Source: Clostridiaceae bacterium (GTDB taxonomy: Bacteria; Bacillota; Clostridia; Saccharofermentanales; DTU023). From it: a stretch of 64,000 nt of DNA. Within the stretch, counting starts at the first letter, position 1. Every line of letters starts with the position of its first letter. The DNA lies in NCBI GenBank assembly GCA_012799825.1, contig JAAZKK010000073.1:798-64797 (forward strand), written 5' to 3'. Shown here in pieces: positions 37,283 through 44,631 of this stretch. A program made the translations under genes and the position numbers. Under the pieces are notes generated by a model, which had not been told where the DNA came from, made no database searches, and was given only the letters and a program-made list of their open reading frames with translations.

Positions 37283-37684
37283 TTAAGTTTGCATTCGCTT
37301 TCCTACGTCAACGATAGAAGTTAGTCCTGCTTCCAATACCATATTTTTTAGTTCTACCAGCTCGGTTTCAGAGGAAGAGGATAGTGCTTCTATTACCATT
37401 CCTAAGTTTGCCCCTGTCACCAACTCGACATTTGATCGGTTGAGTCGGTAAGCAACAGCATTTGCTGGTGAACCTGCAAACAAATCTGCTATTACCAGTA
37501 CGCCTTCACCGAAGTCAAGCCGATTCAACTTATCTTCCAGCATGTGGGCAAAAGCATCCATATCCTGTCCAACAATTAGATTCAAGGAATCGCAAGGTGG
37601 AAGTTCTTCACCTATAATCATTTTTGCACTTTCAATGAATGCACTTGCCAGTGGCGCATGCGATACAATCAAAATCCCCACCAT
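37283..37684 (-). CDS. PTS mannose-family IIA component
   Basis: 133 aa. The N-terminal GILIVSHAPLA is the Man-family IIA His motif. Confidence 0.8.
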   Translation of the reverse strand: MVGILIVSHAPLASAFIESAKMIIGEELPPCDSLNLIVGQDMDAFAHMLEDKLNRLDFGEGVLVIADLFAGSPANAVAYRLNRSNVELVTGANLGMVIEALSSSSETELVELKNMVLEAGLTSIVDVGKRMQT

Positions 37685-38291
37685 TTTTTTACCTCAAACA
37701 AGTTATCATATTCTTTACACACCTAATCGTTGCTAATATATAAAACTCATCATTATGTATCGATAAAATACAAAATACTGCAACTGTTCTATCAATTTGA
37801 TCATGATGTTAAACTTTTATACTAATAATTATTTTGAAAATAGCAGCTCCTATCAAACATGATAACCAATTATGAGTCTTATATAAGGTTTTTGTCAAGA
37901 TAATGGCTTTATTCATCATGATGATTAGATAAATATTGCACAATTGATTATTACCATTAAAGATGACATGATCCGATTAACTTGTCAACCCCATCTTGCC
38001 TTTTCTTTTTAGCCCCAATACTATTAGGATTGAAATCTGTTGGACTTATGATGGTATCCTATATTCTAGAGACTAATTTTAGGAATAGCGCACAGCAGAT
38101 GAAACGAAATTCGAACTTACAGAAAAAGTATCGTTGAAGCACAGCAGAATAAGAAGATCAATGAAGTAAGAATACAAGTGTCATTTCGAGAAATTGACGA
38201 CCAGTATGAAACGTGTTGTCGACGGAATAAAAAACTCAGTTTGATACAGACTAAAGCAGGAGCAGTAAAAGAATCTTATGGCGAGGTGCTA

Positions 38292-39041
38292 ATGGAGCTA
38301 AAAGAATTTTTTGAAAATAATCCGCACGTCGCCTTAGCTTTTTCAGGCGGGGCGGACTCCGCCTATCTCCTCTATGCGGCAAGCCGCCATGCCAAGAGCC
38401 TTCGTGCCTACTATGTCAAATCTGCCTTTCAGCCTCAGTTCGAGCTCGAAGACGCAAAGCGCCTTTCGGAGCAGCTTGGCGTAGAGATGACCATCCTGCC
38501 GCTAAATCTCTTGGAAGATTCCGAAATCACAGCCAACACCTCAGACCGTTGCTATATCTGCAAACAAAAAATCTTTTCTACAATTCTCGAGGCAGCTCAG
38601 AAAGACGGTTTTACTTTACTGATAGACGGCACAAACGCTTCCGATGAAGCAGAAAAAAGGCCCGGCATGAAAGCGCTTCAGGAACTTTCTATAGCGTCAC
38701 CGCTTCGTCTCTGCGGCATTGGGAAAGACGAGATCAGGCGACGTTCTAAGGAAGCCGGTCTTTTCACGTGGGACAAACCGGCCTATTCTTGCTTGGCCAC
38801 GCGCATCCCGCAAGGCGAAGTAATCACCAAAGAAAAATTAGAGAAGACAGAGCGGGCAGAGGCTTACCTTGCGGCTCTCGGTTTTTCTGATTTTCGCTTG
38901 CGCCTTTTAGGCACAAGCGCCAAACTCCAGCTCCCGGCGTCACAGATTGAGACTGCATTGCGAAAACGGGACGCCATTTTGAAAGAACTTAAAAAAGAAT
39001 ACAGCGCTGTGCTCTTAGATTTGGAGGCGCGAGATGAATAA
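38292..39041 (+). CDS. larE: ATP-dependent sacrificial sulfur transferase LarE (PP-loop ATP pyrophosphatase)
   Basis: PP-loop ALAFSGGADSAYLL and the SCLATRIP cysteine motif matching the LarE sacrificial Cys context. The ATG at 38292 has a gaggtg SD. It overlaps larB by 8 nt. Confidence 0.8.
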   Translation: MELKEFFENNPHVALAFSGGADSAYLLYAASRHAKSLRAYYVKSAFQPQFELEDAKRLSEQLGVEMTILPLNLLEDSEITANTSDRCYICKQKIFSTILEAAQKDGFTLLIDGTNASDEAEKRPGMKALQELSIASPLRLCGIGKDEIRRRSKEAGLFTWDKPAYSCLATRIPQGEVITKEKLEKTERAEAYLAALGFSDFRLRLLGTSAKLQLPASQIETALRKRDAILKELKKEYSAVLLDLEARDE

Positions 39042-39798
39042 AGAGACAAAGGCCATTCTTGAGGCAGTACAAGCGGGCGTTCTATCCGTCCATGAGGCCA
39101 TGCAAAAGCTCAAGGTATTGCCTTTTGAAGACATCGACTTTGCCAAAATTGACTTGCATCGCGGCCTTCGACAAGGCGTATCCGAGGTCATCTACGGTGC
39201 AGGCAAAACAGCAGAACAGATTCTTGGCATTATTGAGGTCATGCTGAGAAACGGGCAAGAGAACATCCTCATCACGAGACTTAAACCGGAAGCGGCAGAT
39301 GCGATTCAGAAGATACACAAAGAAACGTTTAAATACCGTGCCGAGGCAAGAATCGGTATCTTGGGCAAACTGTCCCGACCGGACGGCATCGGCAAGATCG
39401 TCGTGGCTACAGGCGGCACCAGTGACATTCCCGTGGCAGAGGAAGCGGCGATCACGGCCGAGTTTCTCGGCAATGAAGTAACGCGTCTTTACGATGTAGG
39501 CGTCTCGGGTCTACACCGATTGTTCGCCCATCTCGATGACATCATGGGCGCCAGCGTCATCATTGCGATTGCAGGCATGGAAGGCGCTCTGGCGAGCGTC
39601 ATCGGCGGTCTTGCTGATTGCCCTGTGATCGCCGTGCCGACGAGTGTCGGCTATGGAGCAGCATTCGGCGGCCTTACCGCCCTTTTATCAATGCTCAACT
39701 CCTGCGCCAGCGGCGTTTCTGTCGTCAACATCGACAATGGTTTTGGAGCAGGTTATTTAGCAAACTTGATTAATCATATGGAGGCCAAATCAAAATGA
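39034..39798 (+). CDS. larB: nickel-pincer cofactor biosynthesis protein LarB (NaAD carboxylase/hydrolase, PurE-like)
   Basis: 254 aa. An N-terminal helical region (DLHRGLRQGVSEVIYGAGKT) is followed by a PurE-like domain (VATGGTSDIPVAEEA...AGMEGALASV). Confidence 0.85.
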   Translation: MNKETKAILEAVQAGVLSVHEAMQKLKVLPFEDIDFAKIDLHRGLRQGVSEVIYGAGKTAEQILGIIEVMLRNGQENILITRLKPEAADAIQKIHKETFKYRAEARIGILGKLSRPDGIGKIVVATGGTSDIPVAEEAAITAEFLGNEVTRLYDVGVSGLHRLFAHLDDIMGASVIIAIAGMEGALASVIGGLADCPVIAVPTSVGYGAAFGGLTALLSMLNSCASGVSVVNIDNGFGAGYLANLINHMEAKSK

Positions 39799-41213
39799 AA
39801 ACACTCTTTATAGACTGCGGCATGGGTGCTGCAGGCGATATGCTGACAGCAGCTCTCTTGGAGCTTTTGCCTGAACCCGATACTTTTCTTACCGAATTGA
39901 ATGCGCTCGGAATTCCGGGCGTCCTCATCAAGCGAGAAAGTTCAGTTAAATGTGGCATCCACGGTACACGCATCTTAGTAACCGTAGATGGTATTGAAGA
40001 GGAAAGTTGTGACGTGTATGAATATGGACAACACCATCACGATCACGACCACCATGACCACGCGCACTGCCACGATCACGTTCATGAACACCATGACCAT
40101 GATCATCACCAACATGATCATGCGCACTGCCTCGATCACGCTCATGAACACCAAGGCCACGATCATCATCACCATGATCACGAACACGACCAACATGACC
40201 ACGCGCACTGCCATGATCATGAACACGACCACCATGACCACCACGACCATGATCATTCGCATACGCACGATCACAATAGCCTCAAAGAGATTGAGGAGAT
40301 CGTCCAAGGCCTTGAGCTATCAAATAAGGTAAAGAAAGATGTCATGGCCGTCTACAAACTTATTGCCGATGCAGAGAGCCGTGCCCATAACGTTCCGGTG
40401 ACCGAAGTTCACTTTCATGAAGTAGGCGCCATGGATGCCATCGCCGACATAACAGCGGTCGCCATGCTCATGGAAAAGATCGCGCCGGAACAAGTTGTCG
40501 CCTCCTCTATCCATGTCGGCAGTGGCCACGTGCGCTGCGCGCACGGCATACTTCCCGTTCCGGCGCCCGCCACGGCCTATATTCTTGAAGGCGTTCCTAT
40601 CTATGGCGGCAGAATCAAGGGAGAGCTTTGTACGCCGACCGGAGCGGCTCTATTGAAGCATTTTGTCGACTCTTTCGGAGAAATGCCCGTGATGAAAGTC
40701 GAAAAGATCGGCTACGGCATGGGTAAAAAAGATTTCGAGGCGGCCAACTGTGTACGTGCTATGCTGGGTGAAACGGAAGCACATAGCGAGGAGATTTTGG
40801 AACTCAAGTTTAATATCGACGACATGAGCGCCGAGACAATCGCTTTTGCCTCGGACAGATTATTTGAAGCCGGTGCCGTCGAGGTCTTTACGATCCCTGT
40901 CGGCATGAAAAAATCTCGACCCGGCACGCTCGTGACTGTTCTATGTCACAGAAAAAATAAAGACCTGCTCTTGCAGACGATTTTCAAACATAGTACGACG
41001 ATCGGTGTTCGCGAGCATCTTTGTAATCGCTATGTTCTAGAGCGAAGCATTACTGAACTTGAAACGCCATACGGCATCATAAGGCGAAAAGATGCCAAAG
41101 GATTCGGTGTAACCCGCAGCAAATATGAATACGATGATCTGGCGCGTTTAGCAAAAGAAATGAACCTAAGCCTAGTTGAACTTGTGGACCGTATTGAACG
41201 TGAGATGAATTGA
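39795..41213 (+). CDS. larC: nickel insertion protein LarC (pyridinium-3,5-bisthiocarboxylic acid mononucleotide nickel chelatase)
   Basis: N-terminus LFIDCGMGAAGDMLTAALLEL, a His-rich metal-binding tract, and a conserved C-terminal LarC2-like domain. It overlaps larB by 4 nt. Confidence 0.85.
   Translation: MKTLFIDCGMGAAGDMLTAALLELLPEPDTFLTELNALGIPGVLIKRESSVKCGIHGTRILVTVDGIEEESCDVYEYGQHHHDHDHHDHAHCHDHVHEHHDHDHHQHDHAHCLDHAHEHQGHDHHHHDHEHDQHDHAHCHDHEHDHHDHHDHDHSHTHDHNSLKEIEEIVQGLELSNKVKKDVMAVYKLIADAESRAHNVPVTEVHFHEVGAMDAIADITAVAMLMEKIAPEQVVASSIHVGSGHVRCAHGILPVPAPATAYILEGVPIYGGRIKGELCTPTGAALLKHFVDSFGEMPVMKVEKIGYGMGKKDFEAANCVRAMLGETEAHSEEILELKFNIDDMSAETIAFASDRLFEAGAVEVFTIPVGMKKSRPGTLVTVLCHRKNKDLLLQTIFKHSTTIGVREHLCNRYVLERSITELETPYGIIRRKDAKGFGVTRSKYEYDDLARLAKEMNLSLVELVDRIEREMN
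40029..40274 (+). repeat. His/Asp-rich coding repeat inside larC (aa 79-160)
   Basis: HHHDHDHHDHAHCHDHVHEHHDHDHHQHDHAHCLDHAHEHQGHDHHHHDHEHDQHDHAHCHDHEHDHHDHHDHDHSHTHDH. The unit HDHAHCxDHxHEH recurs three times and is mirrored by near-repeats in the DNA. Confidence 0.9.
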
Positions 41214-41352
41214 CGTCGTATACCGTTCGCTTATTGACAACTTGTCTGTAAACTCGGGAAAAAATGTTTTCAGTACTAGACTTGGCACATTTTCTACAGA
41301 TCAATCATAACGTCTTCAGCAATATAAAGCGGTCGCTCGGCAGAGATGCTGT

Positions 41353-42531
41353 TTAACTTACCGCCTTCCTGCTCCAAAGGTCTTGATGGTTCATCGAGAT
41401 GTTGAGAAGTACGCCCAATAAGATGAAATTTGAGATCATAGACGATCCGCCGTAGCTCATAAAGGGAAGCGGAATACCGGTGATGGGCATGATACCGATC
41501 GTCATGCCGATATTCTCAATAAAATGGAAAGTAAGACTCGCAATGAGCGCCACCATGACATACGCTTCACTTGGCGACACTTCGGCAATTTTGCTCGCCA
41601 GACGGAGCGTGTGAATCACAAGATACAACGCCAGCAAAATCACCAGCGTCGTGCCGATCAAGCCAAACTGTTCTGAAATAGCCGTAAAAATAAAATCCGA
41701 TTCTTTCACAGGTACACTGACGTTTTCGCCTGCTCGATTGCCAAACAGGCCACCGGAAGAAACGGCGGCAAGAGACTGATTGATATGGTACGACGCCGTC
41801 TTGTCATGGCCTCTAAAAAAGAACGTCAAAATGCGATCTTTTTGTGTTTGGCTCAAAACATATCGCCACGTCACCGGAATGAGTACGAAAATGATGCCCA
41901 TGCTCGACAGAATAATAGTCCGCCAGCGAACACCCCAGACGAATAAGGTACAAAGAAACATAAAGATCAAAACTGAGCTTGTACCAAAGTCCGGCTCCGT
42001 CATGATTAGCAAGAACGGTACACCGTAAATAAGTGCCAAACGAGCAAATCCTTGCGGCTTTGAAAGATTGCCGGTATTCATGGTAGCAAACACAGGACCT
42101 GCCGCCATCGCGACACCGATTTTTGAAAGTTCCGAAGGCTGGAATGATCCGAAAAGCGGAACACGAAGCCAGCTGTCCGCGACCGTGAGCGCTCGGTATC
42201 CATCAACTTTGACCAATACAAGCAAAAAGAGACTGACCGTATAAATAACGCCTCCGACAAGTCGCATCGCAGGGGGATCAAAAAGACAGATCACAAACGA
42301 CGCCATCAATCCGATCAGCACCGCCGCAATCTGTTTATAGAAATTCATAGGGTAGTCCATACCGGCACCGTAACCGGTGGAAAGCACCGTGTTCAGCACG
42401 ACCAACCCGATGATGACCATCGCTAAAGCAGGCACGAGCATATGATAATTGAGCGAGCTGAAAAACATGTCGGCGCGCGATGAGCCTCCATCACGTGCCC
42501 GCCCTCTTTTTTTCCATTCTGTCCATTCCAT
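41353..42531 (-). CDS. rodA: SEDS-family peptidoglycan glycosyltransferase RodA
   Basis: 392 aa polytopic protein with SEDS motifs (ESDFIFTAISEQFG, PITGIPLPFMSYGGSS). It is the second SEDS gene in the window and lies outside the dcw cluster. Confidence 0.85.
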   Translation of the reverse strand: MEWTEWKKRGRARDGGSSRADMFFSSLNYHMLVPALAMVIIGLVVLNTVLSTGYGAGMDYPMNFYKQIAAVLIGLMASFVICLFDPPAMRLVGGVIYTVSLFLLVLVKVDGYRALTVADSWLRVPLFGSFQPSELSKIGVAMAAGPVFATMNTGNLSKPQGFARLALIYGVPFLLIMTEPDFGTSSVLIFMFLCTLFVWGVRWRTIILSSMGIIFVLIPVTWRYVLSQTQKDRILTFFFRGHDKTASYHINQSLAAVSSGGLFGNRAGENVSVPVKESDFIFTAISEQFGLIGTTLVILLALYLVIHTLRLASKIAEVSPSEAYVMVALIASLTFHFIENIGMTIGIMPITGIPLPFMSYGGSSMISNFILLGVLLNISMNHQDLWSRKAVS

Positions 42532-42583
42532 AATTTAATAAGTACTTTGATAGGTACTGCGTTTAGGTGTATTCAGCTTTACT

Positions 42584-43948
42584 TCAAAGAACGTCTTGGC
42601 CTTCACCGTCTCCCTCGTATGACACATCACTGTCAATGTCTCCCTTATATGACGCATCGCTAGAGAGTTCACCAGACGCTATGCCAACTTCTTCCGATGT
42701 CACAATGTCGGAGGGTGATGCAAACACATCGTTAATCGCAGTTTCCCCTTTTGAGTCATGTGCGGTATCGCTGTCGTCAATTTCAGATGTGCCGTCAAAC
42801 ACTGTAGCACCAGTAGATGCTGTGTCAGATATCGCGTCGGCCACATCACTTGTGTTAATTATCTTATCGTTATCATCTTTGGCGGCATCATCAAGCGTTT
42901 TGCTATCATCGACGATGACAACATCGTCATCACTATCAAGCATCTCGTTGTCTTCGATGATAACAACATCGTCATCCTCCGGAGACTTTTCCGAGCCAAA
43001 AAGCATCAGCACACCGGTATCTTCCGCATCCTGAAGCGACACGAGAACCTCTTTACGTTTTTTATCGCGGATGGCAAGTACCACTAAGAAAACAACTGCG
43101 ACCACAACCATTGCCAAGGAGACAAGCTGTGAAACGCGAATTTTTTGACCGAGCATCGTGAAGACGAGCGCGTCTGTGCGAATACCCTCGACAAAAAAGC
43201 GCGTTACCCCATATAGCAAGAAATACGTGAGAAAAGTCCGGTAAGGGTACTTGTCGGATTTGCGCCGCACCGCGAGCAGAATTGCAAATATGACCATGTT
43301 AGCCAAAAATTCATAGAGAAACGTCGGGTGCACGGGAAGATTCGGATCGAGACCCGGCAACGGATTGGCCGGATCGGGATTGATTCTCGTAAGCCAGCTT
43401 TGCGTGCCTTCACTGATCATGCCCCATGGTAGATCCGTATTGACTCCGAACGCTTCCTGATTGAAGAAATTGCCCCAACGGCCGATTCCCTGCCCCAGCG
43501 GCACATAGACGGCGATGTAATCCAGAAGATGGTGCACCTTAATATGCTTCACATGCGCGATAATGAAAAGTGCGATCATCCCGCCGATGACACCGCCATA
43601 AAAGGCAAGTCCGCCCTCTGAAATATCAAAAATCCGGGCAGGATTGTCCTTATAGGCATCCCATTCAAAAGCGACATAATAAAGCCTCGCCCCAATCACC
43701 ATGAACGGAATCATCAACAAGAAAAAATCAAGGATATCGTCGCCCTTCAGACGATGCGCTTTTGCCTGCTGAACAGCAAGCACCATACAAAGCAACAGCG
43801 CGATTGCGAACAAAAGCCCGTACCAATAAATCGTGATATGGCGCCCAAAAAGATTAAAATCAAATGCAATCCGGCTCACGGAAAGATCATGGATCCCCAG
43901 ACCCGGAAATGAAACTTGATATTGACATAGACACGTAAAGGGTAGCAT
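42584..43948 (-). CDS. lgt: prolipoprotein diacylglyceryl transferase with an acidic disordered C-terminal tail of about 160 aa
   Basis: Lgt core features: IYWYGLLFAIALLL, GARLYYV, LAFYGGVIGG, GRWGNFFNQEAFG and HPTFLYEF. The tail from about aa 294 is Asp/Ser/Val-rich. Confidence 0.85.
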   Translation of the reverse strand: MLPFTCLCQYQVSFPGLGIHDLSVSRIAFDFNLFGRHITIYWYGLLFAIALLLCMVLAVQQAKAHRLKGDDILDFFLLMIPFMVIGARLYYVAFEWDAYKDNPARIFDISEGGLAFYGGVIGGMIALFIIAHVKHIKVHHLLDYIAVYVPLGQGIGRWGNFFNQEAFGVNTDLPWGMISEGTQSWLTRINPDPANPLPGLDPNLPVHPTFLYEFLANMVIFAILLAVRRKSDKYPYRTFLTYFLLYGVTRFFVEGIRTDALVFTMLGQKIRVSQLVSLAMVVVAVVFLVVLAIRDKKRKEVLVSLQDAEDTGVLMLFGSEKSPEDDDVVIIEDNEMLDSDDDVVIVDDSKTLDDAAKDDNDKIINTSDVADAISDTASTGATVFDGTSEIDDSDTAHDSKGETAINDVFASPSDIVTSEEVGIASGELSSDASYKGDIDSDVSYEGDGEGQDVL

Positions 43949-44095
43949 AGGTGCACCTCCGACAATATCGTTATTTTATCATAGAACGAAAATGCACCTT
44001 CGTCGATACCTTTTTCGATGTCACACTTCCCTTAAATATCATTAATGCGGCAGAGCGTCACGTATAGTTCTTCTTCTCAATAGGAGTATCGCTAG

Positions 44096-44506
44096 TTACC
44101 AACCAATCAAGAAATGCAAAATAGCAACAATAGGGATGTATATAAGATGCTCGAGTGTGATTTTCTCAGTCTCTTTTATTTTCGGGAAAAACGTTTCCGT
44201 CCATGACTTAAGCAGATCGAGTCCACGGGAAACGAAAGAATTTCTCGAATAAAGAGTTCTTTCACTCGGATCAGCAAGTCCTCTTTCGACGCCTTTCTCG
44301 GCATTCTGCCTGCGCCTGGCGCCTTCAACACCAACATCCTCTGCGCTAGTGTCCCCTGTGCTAGCGCCCTCCGCGCCAACATATCCTTTCACTTCCACCG
44401 CTGCTGAAGGAAGTGTTGGAGTGGCACTTGATTCACTGCTACAGGCCGTCATTGTCAATAAAAGACAGCCTAGAATAACGAGTGCGCCAATTCGCTTCAT
44501 AGACAT
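44096..44506 (-). CDS. small hypothetical lipoprotein with a C-terminal hydrophobic segment; contains a 41-bp copy of an ftsZ segment
   Basis: aaggagg SD, a signal peptide and a lipobox (LLLTMTAC). The C-terminal LIYIPIVAILHFLIGW is hydrophobic. No family was recognised. Confidence 0.6.
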   Translation of the reverse strand: MSMKRIGALVILGCLLLTMTACSSESSATPTLPSAAVEVKGYVGAEGASTGDTSAEDVGVEGARRRQNAEKGVERGLADPSERTLYSRNSFVSRGLDLLKSWTETFFPKIKETEKITLEHLIYIPIVAILHFLIGW

Positions 44507-44631
44507 AAAACATCCTCCTTCTTACAAAAAAGTTTCCCTATAATCTAAGATGTAAAATTCTCGAAAACGTAACGTGCGATTTTCAAAAGATGACGCACAA
44601 AAATACTTGGACATGTAAAACAAGAAAAGAA

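Noticed and set aside
37756-37772. Short inverted repeat tgtat-N7-ataca upstream of the PTS IIA gene, considered as a possible GntR/HutC operator.
   Set aside because: Each arm is only 5 bp and the region looks very AT-rich by eye, so a match this short is easily explained by chance. It also does not resemble the HutC-type consensus closely enough to call.
39975-40332. Two ORFs (110 aa on the minus strand, 114 aa on the plus strand) across the larC His tract, with Met/Val/Ile/Thr-rich repetitive products.
   Set aside because: They are alternative-frame or antisense readings of the CAY/GAY codon repeat that encodes the LarC His/Asp tract. They are artefacts of repeat composition.
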